From assembly GCF_044704955.1 (NCBI RefSeq), contig NC_091980.1, positions 128,092,001 through 128,156,000 of the forward strand: a DNA stretch of 64,000 nucleotides, written 5' to 3'. The stretch comes from Pristiophorus japonicus. Lineage: Eukaryota. The translations under genes were made by a program, and so were the position numbers. The first letter of the stretch is position 1. The number at the start of each line of letters is the position of its first letter. Positions 15,149 through 29,505 of the stretch are shown here, piece after piece. The notes under the pieces are model-generated. The model saw only the letters and a program-made list of their open reading frames with translations, had not been told where the DNA came from and searched no databases.

Positions 15149-16069
15149 GAGAAGAAAGACCCATCCCAATGTTGCAAAGTAAGGCGGGGTGGCTACACAC
15201 AGTCGGTGGTCCGGGGCCCCCATACTGCGGCCTAAGTTCCACAGGGAGCACTAGGCCCCCCGCCATTATCAAAAGTCTCAAGGCCATTGTGGCCATCCTG
15301 GGCTTGCCAGACCTCAGGGACAGCGACAATAGCTTGTAGGAGGCAGCCCAAATCACTAAACCTCGCACCACGTGTGTCACGGTAGACTCACTACAGACCC
15401 GGATAGCCTGGGTGCAACGCAATCACCAGACAGAATCACTCAGAACCGAGCCTTCTGTATGCCACCAGCAGAGAATGCACCATAATTGCACTGCCCCTCC
15501 ACGCGACATCAGATTAAGTGATGTAGACCATGTTCAGGGCCCCAGTTGTCCTGCTAGCACCGCTTTAGCCAAGGGGGTGAATGGAGTGTATGTGATGAAA
15601 ACGGAGTAGTTGATTTTGAAACCATGCACCGCGCTAATGAGTAAAGCATTTGGACAAGCCCAAACTGCGAACTACAGATAACCAGGAACCACTGTGAAAG
15701 AACCTGGCCCCCAGCGACCCACCAACACCATCAACTTCACCATCGATGAACCCGCCACATCAGGACTTCAACCCAGGTGATCGACCCGGGGACGTGGGGT
15801 GCCAGATCGCCTCAACTTACAAATAACTTGTACATAAGACTTTGGGGGGAGTGATGTTATGTATGTAAGTAAACCTTTCCAAAATGTAAGACTTGCCACG
15901 ATGGAGCACACCTGTGGGAGACCTAAGGGTCACCTATGCACCCTGGGCAAGCGGTTATAAAAGGGCATTCACCATGCTGCATCCTCAGTCTGGAGTCTGA
16001 ATAAAGAGACCAAGGTCACAACAGTTTGAGCTTACAATGCAGTCCTGTGAATTTATTGTGGACATAACA

Positions 16070-17400
16070 TTTATGATCGGGTGGAAGGCCGAAGTGATTA
16101 AATGACAAAAGGTAAGAAGGTACAAAGCAAAAGGAGGTGGTAATGCGACAAGTAAAGGAACAAAAGATGGGTCTAGAAGAGATGTAAATGGGTGCAACAG
16201 GATCATCAACAGCTGCCATCTGAAAAAGATAGGGACAGAGGTTTTGGTCTGAAATTGTTGAACTCGATGCTGAGTCCAGAAGGCTATAACGTGCCGAATA
16301 GAAAGCTGAGGAGCTTATGTTGAGCTTTGTTGGAACATTGTAAGAGGCCGATGACAGAGAGGTCAGAGTGGGAGGGGAGTGGAGAATTAAAGTGACAGGC
16401 GACCGGAAGTTTGCAGACTGAACAGAGCTGTTTTGCAAAGCGGTCACCCAATCTGCATTTGGTCTCCCCACTGCCGACTCTCAACAAGGGCAGACATCGA
16501 CGACAAGGTCCAACACCGCCTTCAGTGCAGCTTTCGGTCGCCTGAGGAAGAGAGTGTTTGAAGACCAGGACCTCAAACCCGACACCAAGCTCATGGTCTA
16601 CAGAGCAGTGGTAATATCTGCCCTCCTATTTGGCTCAGAGACATGGACTATGTACAGCAGACACCTCAAAACACTGGAGAAGTACCACCAACGTTTAGTC
16701 CGCTAGATCCTGCAAATCCACTGGGAGGATCGGCACACCAACATCAGTGTCCTCGCTCAGGCCTACATCCCCAGCATCGAAGCATTGACCACGCTCGATC
16801 AGCTCCGCTGGATGGGCCACATCGTCCGCATGACTGACACATGACTTCCAAAAGAAGATTAGATCTCCCCAATTTCGAGGAGACTACATTGTGAGCAGCG
16901 AACAGTATACTAAATTGCAAGAAGTACAAGTAAATTGCTGTTTAATCTGGAAGGAGTGTTTGATGCTCTGAGCAGTGGGAAAGGAGGAGGTAAATGGGCA
17001 GGTGTTACATCTCCAGCACTTTCGTGGGAATGTGCTATAGGAAAGGGAGTGAGTGCTGTAGGTGATTGAGGAGTGTTCCAGAGTGTCACGGAAGGAGAGG
17101 TCCCTTCGTAATGCTGAACGGGGAGGGAAAGGGAAGAGGTGTTTGCTAGTAGGATCGCTCTGAAGGTAGCAGAAATAAAGGAGGATGAACCGTTCAACAT
17201 GGAGGCTGGTGGTTTGGGAGGTGAGGACAAGGGGAACTGTATCGTGGTTCTGCGAGTGAGGGAAAGGGCTGAGAGCAGAACTGCGGGAAATGGAACGCAC
17301 ATGGTCAAGGGCCATGTCAATCATGGAGAGGATATGAAGCTGAAATCTCAACTCAGGGTCAAATGGCCTGGAAGAGGGATGGAGTCGGTGGCTAGGGAAT
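16070..17400 (-). mobile_element. Penelope-like retroelement remnant (GIY-YIG endonuclease region), interrupted by an RTE fragment at ~16475-16860
   Basis: ORF 16884-17351 with VPLVLT, C..CNTCPF, FTCTSCNLVYC, followed by GETKCRLGDRF; paralog at 46350-48365. Confidence 0.8.
16475..16860 (+). mobile_element. RTE LINE fragment
   Basis: FGRLRKRVFEDQDLKPDTKLMVYRAVV; paralog 46965-47710. Confidence 0.8.
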
Positions 17401-17821
17401 GCAGTTTGTGGTGGTGATGTTAATTTTAAAAATAAATGCCTGATTCATGTTGGTAAGACTTTTGTTAAATAGATTTAAGCTGAGCTGATCGCACTCGCCA
17501 AATGTTACAGAATAGTGCAAGACATTAACCTATTGTGACACCATATTCTAGAATGCTAATACTCACTGAACCATGGGACATTAGGAGGTTAAATATACCG
17601 AGTGTAAGAGACAAGATGGGTCCATACTCAACATGGATATTTTCTCTTCCCTTGTTTTGGCCTCATTGGCCTATTCGGAAGAACGTGAGACGGAAGCAGC
17701 TGAGATGACTATGTAGGGGTAAAGCAGTCTTTGAGCTCACACTGAGTGTCGAGTAAATGGAGGGTGCAAGTAATGTCAGAGGTAGTGGTTAGCACTGGAG
17801 AAAGGCAGTTTGGATTTGTTC

Positions 17822-19911
17822 TCAGAATCATTGAAATTTACAGCACGGAAGGGAGCCATTTTAGCCCATCGTGTCCGCGCCGGCCGACCAAGAGCTATTC
17901 AGCCTAATCCTATTTTCCAGCTCTTGGTCCATAGCCCTGTAGGTTACGGCACTTTAAAGTGCACATCCAAGTCTTTTTTAAATGTGGTGAGGCTTTCTGC
18001 CTCTGTCATCCTTTTAGGCAGTGAGTTCCTGACCCCCACCATCCTCTGGGTGAAGACATTTCCCCTCATATCTCCTCTAAACCGCCCCTCAATTACTTTA
18101 AAACTATGCCCTCCTGGTTGTTGACCCCTCTGCTAAGGAAAGCAAGTCTGTCCTATCGACTCTATCCAGGCCCCTCAAATTTATACACCTCAATCAGCTC
18201 CCCCCTCAGCCTCCTCTGATCCAGAGAAAATAGACCGAGCATCTTCAATCTTTCCTCATAGCCAAAATTGTCCAGCATTCTTGTAAATCTCCTCTGCATC
18301 CTTTCCAGTGCAATCACATCTTTCCTGTAATGTGGTGACCAGAACTGCACACAGTACTCCAGCTGTGGCCGAACCAGTGTTTTATACATTTCAAGCATAA
18401 CCTCCTTGCTCTTGTATTCCATGCCTCGCCTATTAAAGGCAAATAACCATATGACTTCTTAACCACCTTAGCTACCTGGTCTTCGACCTTCAGGGATCTG
18501 TGGACCTGCACTCCTAGGTCCCAATTTTCCTCTGCACTTTTCAGTGTTGTACATTTAAAGTGTATTACCTCCCTTGTTAGACCTCCATTAATGCATTACC
18601 TCACACTTATCTGGATTGAATTCCATTTTCCACTGTTCTGCTCACCTGACCAGTACATTGATATCTTCTTGCAGTCTGCAGCTTTCTTCTGCTTCATCAA
18701 CCACACAGCCTATTTTAGTTGAATTTGAAAACTTTTTAAATCATACTTCCAACATTCAAGTCCAAGTCACTGATATATACACCACAAAAAGCAAGTGACC
18801 CAGCACTGAGCCCTGTGGAACCTCACTGGATACAGCCTTCCAGTCACAAAAACACCCATCAACAATGTAGGGTGTTTGTTTTTTCACTCTGTCCTGATTC
18901 CTAGACCTCGGAACTTATAGTGGGAAAGGACAACATGTAGTACAACATTTTAGGCTTAACCCAGTGAAGGTTTTATTATGCAACAAAAACTAACTAAAAC
19001 TACAGAACTAGATATACAATCACCAAAGATTCGTGGTCCTTGATTCCGTGGCCTGCTGTTTCTTCTTCCAGCTTTTCTCTGCAGTTTCTGTTCCTTTTCT
19101 GCTGCTTCTTCTTGTGTTGCCTGTCCGTCTTCAGTTGTCTGTCCTCCTTCTTGTGAGCTGCTTTTTGCTCACATATTTTTCCAGGTTTTGAATAAGTTTC
19201 CCCACTGGGCCGAGATCTGATTATCGATATGGTGATCTGTTTAACTGTTTGTGGTGATGTGTTTGAATGGCTACTAATTTGCACACGGAGTCGACAATGC
19301 AAAAGATATTTCCTTATGATGAATGCTGTTATCCAAAAATTGGCATTCCATGGGGTCCTTTGTTGTCCGGTCTTTTTACAGACTCGATGTCTGCAGTGGC
19401 TGTTTTCCCCACCCAAGGTCAATCAAGTTCAAAGCATCACGTAACAACTCCATTGTTGTTATGCAAGAAGTCAGTTTTATGTCCTTGACCACAGAATGAC
19501 CTTAATTGTCCAGATTCATTCAAAAAGCTTGGATCAATCAATTTTTAGTTCATGGTCTGTGTTTTTTTGAAGATTAGTAACATTACAACCATCAGCCTTT
19601 GCTTCCTGTTCCTGAACCAATTTTGGATCCAACTTGCCTCTTTGCCCTGGATCACATGGGTTTTTATTTTTATGACCAATCTGCCACGTGGGACCTTATC
19701 AAAAACTTTGCTAAAATCCATATGCACCATATCATATGCACTACCCTCATCGACCCTCCTGGTTATCTCCTCGAAAAATTGAATCAAGTTACAGACACGA
19801 CCTTCCCTTAAAAAATCCATGCTGACTGCCCTTGATTAATCCATGTCTTTCCAAGTGAAGATTTATCCTGTCCCTCAGGATTTTTTCCAATAACTTTCCC
19901 ACCACTGAGGT
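17822..19911 (-). mobile_element. CR1 LINE 3' portion, interrupted by a solo LTR; continues at 24416-24545 beyond G3
   Basis: RT motifs DFSKVFDKVP and LVRPQLEYCVQFWSPH. Confidence 0.88.
18866..19587 (-). mobile_element. Solo LTR (~720 bp) of unidentified family
   Basis: TGTA...TACA termini; acaa/acca 4-bp TSD within the CR1; AATAAA on the minus strand near 18972. Confidence 0.6.
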
Positions 19912-22900
19912 TGGAATAAAGAGCTTCATCTGGTGGACTACTGCTCCACCTAGTGGACTACTGTGGTAATGCAACCATTGCTGGAACTACAATAAAAGCA
20001 TCAGGTGACAGGTCACCTGACAAGTTCCTATGTTGAACCATCTTGTAAGTGTGTGTTTGTGATGTTGTAGAGAATATATCACATTGGCTATGAAGGATAA
20101 GATTCTTGGATACCCTAGCTGAAATTTTTGTTGGTGAATGATTTCAGCCAAACAGCAGAGAGACGAGAGAGGTCCTTTGTGTTAACAACTAAACATACAA
20201 GGTAAATTACAAGCACACTAGGATGAAATGAAGAGTCCAGATGGCTGCGCCTATGGGTATAATAGGGCGCTTGGGTGAATTCCATTAAGACCAAGAGACT
20301 TTTGGAGTGTATGTGGAGCGGCTAGAAATGTTTTTTTTACTGCAAATAGTATCATCGAAGTCCCCGAGGATGAAAATCATAACCGGGTTGTTTTAGAAAG
20401 AAAACGGGATATTTTCCTGACTGAAGCAAGCCCCTGGGCATATGAAACCCTGAAAATGTTGCTTCTTCCCGTCAAGCCATAGGACGTATCACTTATGGAG
20501 ATTAGCACTGCAGTCCAGAGCCACTGGAAATTGCTGAATGTTACCGTTTTGGGAAACAAGATCAATTCATTGACGAAAGTATCAGTGAGTACATTGTAGC
20601 ATTAAAAAAGCTATCCATTTACTATCATATCAGAAACTTTCAGGACCGAGCATTGCGTTACCACTTTGTTTGTGGAATGAAAAATGAAGTGATCAGAAGA
20701 AAGTTGTTGACAACCCCTAACTTGTCAGACAGCTATGTCAATGGATATGGCCAGCTAATATTCCATGAATTTCGTATCATTTCCAGTCGTCGGACAACTG
20801 AGGGTGAAACACTTACAGGTTAAAAGTGAAAGGCAGTTGGGCCCCAACGTCTCAGCAACTGGCCAAGTTAACAGAGCATTGAAATCGTGCTATCGGTGCC
20901 TGGGACAACACATTGATCAAAGTTGTCCGTATGTGAAGGCAGAGTGTTTCTTCTGCAAGAAAACTGTGCATCTTGCAAAGGCATGCTGACTGAAGAGTAC
21001 ATCAACTTTCAAGGCTATAAGTAAAAATCCCCAGAGATGACAGAGAATTGAAGAAAAGCAACAGGATGAAGAGATACATGTCATCAGGGGCACGAGGATA
21101 TCTAACAGCGATTCGGGAAGTATCCTCATCCAAGTAGACATTGTAGGAACCAGGATACCCATGGAAATCGACACTGGTGAATCCGTGAGTGTAGTACGGG
21201 AATCGCTAAATCTTGACAAGTTGAGTGATTTTCCACAGTCAAAGCTAAAACTGCAAGGCTAATCAGGAGAGAAAATCCCTTTGGTAGGACGTATCAACGT
21301 ACCGGTGAAATACAAAGATCAATTTCAGAGCTTCCCTCTATTTGTAGAGGCAGGAGACAAGCCTGCCTTACTAGATAGAAATTGTTTGGGATCACTGAAG
21401 CTGGATTGGAATGAGACTTTTCTTGTTGAAACGAGATTTGCATTCAAGGAAGGTGTTTTGTGAAACAGGCAGTCCGATCCATGATCTCAAGGCAAGTGTC
21501 AGGGTACAGAAGGACGCTAGACCAGTTTACTGCAAACTATGTCCCGTACCATACGCACTCAAGGAGAAAGTTGAGCAAGAACTCAAAAGACAAGAAATTG
21601 AGACCATTATCTCTAAGGTAGATCTATGTAATTGGGCTACACCCATTGTTGTTCTACCTAAGTCAGATGGTAAGGTAAGGTTGTGTGGTGATTATAAAGT
21701 AACCGTAAACCAGGTTCTCAAGGGTAAGCTCCCAAATACATTGCCAAATGTAGAAGATTTGTTCACAATGCTGACAGATGATCAGATCTTCTCAAAGTTA
21801 GATCTCATAAATGCCTACATTCAACGTGAACTCGATGAGGAATCCAAGTCATGGTTGATTATAAATACTTATCTAGGCCTAGATCAATTTAATAGGCTAC
21901 CATTTGGAGTGTCTTCTGCCTCCACCACATTCCAAGGAGTGATGAACCAGATTTTGCAAGGCATTGAAGAGGTAGTATGTTATTAAGATGACATACTCAT
22001 TTCAGCAACAAACAGGCAAATCTGTAATAACGTATTGAATGAAGTGCTCAAATGGCTAGAGAAGCACAGAGTACGAGTGACTGCGCACAAGTGTGAGTTA
22101 TTTAAAAACTCAGTGGCGCACTTAAGGCACAGAGTCGACAAAGATGGTTTGTATGAAACCAAGGGAAAGCTGGGTGCAATTAGAAATGCACCCACTCCCA
22201 AGAATGTCAGTGAACTTCGATCATTTTTGGGTCTTTTGAACTATTATGGGAAGTTCGTACCAAATTTGGCTACAGTGTTACATCCACTGAATGAGCTGTT
22301 GGCTCACTATGCCGTACCTAAGGAGATCAAATGGGCATGTGATGCCTCTCAGTATGGAGTTGGTGCAGTGATCTCTCATGTACTACATCGTGGGGCGGAT
22401 TGCTTTTGCTTCACGCATTCTTTGTGCCAGTGAGCGTAAATATGTGCTAAATCGAAAGGGAAGTTTTGGCATTAATTTCTGGGGTCAAGAAGTACCACAA
22501 ATACTTGTATGTTTGTAAGTTTATCATTACAGACCATAAGCCTCTGACAGTCATCCTCCATCAAAAGTCCCCAATTCCAACCTTAGCTGCAGCCCGAATG
22601 CAGAGATGGGCTTTGATTCTGTCAGCAGATATGTATGACATTGAATACAGATGATCAGCTGATCACAGTAGTGCTAATGCTATGTCTAGATTACCTTCTC
22701 CATCAGAAGTTACAGCCAATAGGGAAGAAGTGTTCTATATTTCATACATTGATGAAGTGAAATTCACAGCTGAAGAGACTGGTAGAACAACCAAATGTGT
22801 CTCAGTTATGTCAAAGTTGTTTGATTACATCGCAAATCAGTGAAAGATATTCATCCATACTTCGCTCGTAGGATTGTATTATCAGTGGATAAAGATTGTA

Positions 22901-24415
22901 TCATGTGGGACACAAGAGCGAATATACCAAATAAATTCTGGTCCAGATCATTAGGAGATCTTCATGACCAGCACCTGGGAATGTGCTTGACCAAGAGTTT
23001 TGCACGCACTTATTATTATTGTGGCCAGATCTAGATAAAGATATAGAGTACATCATTAGTCAGTTTACAACATGTCAATCGGTAAGCATGAAACCACCAT
23101 CAGTACTATTACAGTGAAGGAAATGGCCTCCCAGGGTGTGGCAAAGGTTACATATCGATTTTGCTGAGCTAGAAGGAGAGCAATTGTTCATTGTGATTGA
23201 AAGCCATTCGAAGCAGGTCGAGGTATTTCCAATGTTTAAAATAACAATAAAACAGTAGACAATTTGCAAATATAATTTTCTTCTTATGGCCTCCCAGAAG
23301 AAATTGTGTCTGATAATGCACCACAATTTTGTTTAGAAGAATTTGCATAGTGCACGAGCAGAAATGGTGTGAAATATATCAATGTTCCACCATACCACCG
23401 TGCTTCAAATGGTGCAGCAGAGCGCACATTACAAATTGTAAAATGTGCCCTCATCAAACAAATGTTTTATTCAAATCCAAACAAACAGTAGCTGTCGTTG
23501 GACCACAAATTGGCTAATTTTCCAATTACTTATTGTAATACTCATCTAACTACTGGTAGAACACCAACAAAGTTGTTTCTCAAACGACAACAAAGAACCA
23601 GGTTCTCGTTGTTAAAGCCAAACTTAGCAGTGTCAGTAGAAGAGAAACAATTAAGACAGAAAGAGCATCATGATAGAGGTAGAGTAAGAGAGAGAAGTGC
23701 GAAATTAAATCAGAAAGTGAGAGTGAAGAACCATCACCATAAATGGTTAAAGTGGTTACCATGAAGAGTGGTGAAGATATGTGGTCCTCGCACATATTTG
23801 ATCAAGATTTTTGATCATGGAAAGGTTAGATTTTTTCACATTGATCGTATTGTACCTACAGATATGGAAGCAGTTGAAAGTTGGAATGATTTGATTAATT
23901 CCGACTCATCGGATAGTTTTGTTACAAGTAGAGTATCAATAGCAAATCCTGCATCAGATGGACTGGAAATAAGCCCAAGAGAAAATCAAAATTTAAGTTT
24001 GAGTCTGAGTCAGGCAGACAAACAGTCTGAAGTTGTAGAGTTCAAATGTAGATCAAGGGCATCCCTTGGAGGAAAACTTTCCTCAGGCTTAGCCTAGAAT
24101 GAATCTAAGTTCGACACCATGTTTGCTAAGTTCTGTTCGAGAAACAGGTATCCTCTTCGAAACCGAGAAGAATATAAATCAATATATTTTGTTATGTATA
24201 ACCATGCAAGTTTTGTATGATGATTATTTTGTTATAATTACTTCTTTATTACATTTCTCCCCTCCTTAATGAAGAACGCCATCTAGTGGACTACTGTGGT
24301 AATGCAGCCATTGCTGGAAATACAATAAAAGCAACAGGTGACAGGTCACCTGACATGTTGCTGTGTTGAAGCCATCTTAAGCATGTGTTTGTGATGTTGT
24401 AGAGAAGATACCACA
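19912..24415 (+). mobile_element. Gypsy LTR retrotransposon G3, degenerate, inserted in a CR1
   Basis: LTRs 19912-20083 and ~24245-24415; TSD gaggt/gagat restores the CR1 sequence; CYRCLG knuckle, IDTG protease, RLCGDYK, RLPFGV, TDHKPL and integrase remnants. Confidence 0.9.
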
Positions 24416-25704
24416 GAGATTAGGCTGACTGGCCTGTAATTACTCAGTCAATCCATTTCTTTCCTTTTAAACAGATATACATTAGCAGTCCTCCAGTACT
24501 TTATCACACCTGTAGCCAGAGAGGACTGGAAAATGATGATCTTATCCAGGCTGAGCTTTAATTAATAGTATTTCTCTGTGGAGGAGGAGAGATGGACCCC
24601 CCTTGCCGTGGACAGCAGGCTCAAATCCAGGCTGCATCTTTGAACATGACAGGAATTATTTTGACTTTAAAAAAATTGATGCAAGGGTTTGGAAATTTAC
24701 AAATGAGATGCCTCTTAAATTTAGTTTTCACACTAATTTCTGTGAGGTATATTTAAACTGGTGGTGATATCCACAACCTGACTCTCCACTGACAGGCTGT
24801 GGGCACATTCCTCAGTTGCTGCGGCCCTTCATTGCTTGTCCCTCCTTGTATTGGGAATGAATACATTTGGAAGGGGAATTATAATTTGAGCTTCCTTACA
24901 TACATACATACATACCTGTGAGTAGTGCAGAGTGTTTCCTATAATTGGAGCAGTGTTGCAAATCCACCTGTGTACAATTCATCCAAATCCAAATTGCCTC
25001 ATTGCAAACACACTGATGGGGAACATTAGTGTGTGTAAATTAGCAACTAAAAAAAAACAAAACAAAACAGTGCCTGAACAGCAAAAGAACTTCAATGGCT
25101 ATGAAGTCCTTTGGGCTGTCCTGAATGAAAGGCAGCAAATCAAGCAAAATTTGATTAACCTTGACTCAGGCGCTCACACATTTGTCTCTGCAGTTGTCAG
25201 TCAACTATGATCTTATGCAATGGTGGAACAAGCTCAAGGTGCCATTGGGCATGCTCCTACTTCTGTTTTTCGGTATTAGCATGGAGTGGGGTGAACATTG
25301 ACCCGATATATTCAGGTGATTATATAGATAAACAGTTAACCATTAGCACAGTCCTGAGTTCAAAGCGAGGAACACATGTCTGAGTATCCAACTCAACACA
25401 TGGATATACACCAGAGGAAAAATAAATTTCATAGGACTTAATCTATATAAAAAAAAACTGTTACACAACTCAGTCTTGTTTGATGTAAACCACTTTTGTT
25501 AATTGAAAAATAAACAACCATCTCAAATATACATGATGACAAAATCCAGTCCAATGTTGAACATTTTATTGACAGTTATGTTACATTTCACATCAAGCAC
25601 ACAGGTCACACAGCTCTTCGTACAAAGTCATAAGCCCCAATTGCCGACAGGACAGGAGTCTAAATTTTAGGAATACAAGTACTAAACAAATCCCGTCAGT
25701 CAGT

Positions 25705-27568
<1,864 letters not shown>

Positions 27569-27638
27569 CTTGATTCTTTAATCAAATCTAAACTTTGTTG
27601 AAACAACAAACTGGGATGTAACTTACCTTAAATGCCTG

Positions 27639-27810
27639 TATTTATGCTTTGGTATAATCCAGGGTGTGGCAGTATAGATCATGAGTGACAGCCCTCAATA
27701 CCCAATCAGAAGTTGCAGCCTCTCAGACCACCAATCAACTAAAGGGATAGGGGAGATGGACTCCCAGAGCCAGTCAGATCTTTGAAGAATGAGCATCATT
27801 GGCTGACAAC
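27639..27810 (-). promoter_or_regulatory. Ferritin copy 2 promoter (CATAAATA variant plus CCAAT boxes)
   Basis: Aligns with the copy 1 promoter block. Confidence 0.6.
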
Positions 27811-27924
27811 TCAATGAGGATCGAAATTGTCCGAACTTTCCTCAAACAGAGCTCAGATATCCAGAATCACAGGTTTAAATGAATACCCTACTCTTTAGGC
27901 AAATCAATTGGGAAAATCTTAAAC

Positions 27925-28215
27925 CATAATTGCCCCCTTTTTAAAGGGGAATGAACAATAAGTTCAAATGTGACAAAAGTAACATAAAAACTTTTTAAAT
28001 TATAATTTAGTTCCCTGTATCCACCCTGCACTCCAGTCCCTCTGGTGCACACCTGTCATGGAAAGCCTCCAACATACCAGCAGACAACGCTCCAGGGACA
28101 GCCGGGGCATGGACATAGCTGCGGAAGAGAGGCAGGCAGACGGAGCGAACTCCCCATCGACCGTGCTCTGCCTGGACCAGGTAATGACCACCTTGAAAGG
28201 TTAATTGAATCCTCT
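27925..28215 (-). mobile_element. Old Tx1-clade LINE 3' remnant
   Basis: MLEAFHDRCAPEGLEC matches the Tx1 ORF2 C-terminus at 61060-61144; paralog 52410-52700. Confidence 0.8.
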
Positions 28216-28329
28216 GTTGTTTATGAGTCAGTGTCTTTTTAATAGTTCTGGATGCTTCAGTGCGTGTATGAGGATCACCATCGTTCATTGGGTTGGTCAT
28301 GTGCAGGTATCTGTGGGTTTGTTGTAACA

Positions 28330-29505
28330 TCGAAACATAGTGGTTGTGGGCCCAATTTTGGCACGTGATATCAAGAATTGGCTGAGTGCACTGGAGATAG
28401 AAAAGATTATGGGCTGCGACAACATTCCGGTTGTCGTGCTGAAGACTTGTGTTCCAGAACGAGCTCTGCCTCGAGCCAAGCTGTTTCAGTACAGCTACAA
28501 CACTGGCATTTACCCGACGAAGTGGAAAACCACAAAAATCAGGACAAAGCAAATTCGGCCAAATACTTCCCCCATCAGTCTACTCCCAATTATCAGCAAA
28601 GTGATGCAAGGTGTCATCAATTGTGCTAACAAAGTGTTATTTACTCACCAATAACCTGATCACTGATGCTCATTTGGGTTCTGTCAGGACCACTGAGCTC
28701 CAGACCTCATTACAGCATTGGTTCAAACGTGGACAAAAGAGCTAAATTCCAGGGAGAGGCCATTCGGCCCATCGAATCTGTGTCAGCTCATTCAACTATT
28801 GAATCTGTTTCCACCACCCTATCAGGCAGAGCATTCCAAATCCTAATCACACGTTGAGTTAAAAAATGTTTCTTCATGTCGCCTCTGGTTCTTTTGCTAA
28901 TCACCTTAATTCTGTGCCCTCTAATAATTGACCCTTCAGCCATTGGAAATAGTCTCTATTGATTGACAGAGCTAAGTGATCCCACAATAAATGGATCAGA
29001 TCAAAGCTTTGCAGTCCTGCCACATCCAGTCATGAATGATGGTGGATAATTAAACAACTAACTGGAGGAAGAGGCTCCATTAATATCCCCATCCTCAATG
29101 ATGGCGGAGCCCAGCACACGAGCGCAAAAGACAAGCCTGAGCATTTGCGACTACCTTCAGCCGGAAGTGACTCATGGATGATCCATTTCAGCCTCCTGCT
29201 GAGGTCCCTACCATCACAGAAGCCAATCTTCAGACAATTCAATTCACTTCATGTGATATCAAGAAACTGCTGAGCTCACTGGATACAGCAAGAACTAACC
29301 GTGCCTCTAGCCAAGCTGTTCCAAATACAGCTACAACACTGACATCTACCCGACAATGTGTAAAACTGCCCAGGTATGTCATGCCCACAAAAGCCTGGAC
29401 AAATCTAATCCAGCCAATTACTGCCCCATCAGTCTTCTCTCACCCATCAGCAAAGTGATGGAAGGTGTAGTCGACAGTGCTGTCAAGCAGTACTTACTCA
29501 CCAAT
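28330..29505 (+). mobile_element. HER1-like (CR1-group) LINE fragments
   Basis: DNIPVVVLKTCVPE and NPANYCPISLLSPISKVME; resumes at 33375 after the CR1 insertion. Confidence 0.75.

Larger units (their letters stand above)
7817..16069 (+). mobile_element. Gypsy LTR retrotransposon G1 (gag-protease, pol largely eroded; non-autonomous); hosts nested G2
   Basis: LTRs 7817-8033 and 15855-16069 (TG...CA); PBS-like 'tagcgacgag'; PPT 15842-15854; TSD tttgt/tttat; gag zinc knuckle CWRCGG and protease MELDTGAS in ORF 8631-9446. Confidence 0.9.

Noticed and set aside
19000-19422. Lys/Gln-rich 140-aa ORF
   Set aside because: Purine-rich low-complexity part of the solo LTR with no domain evidence
27615-27630. 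Perfect splice donor AAG|GTAAGT near the copy 2 start
   Set aside because: It lies between the TATA box and likely TSS, the nearest AG gives only a 16-nt intron, and it is absent from the other copies
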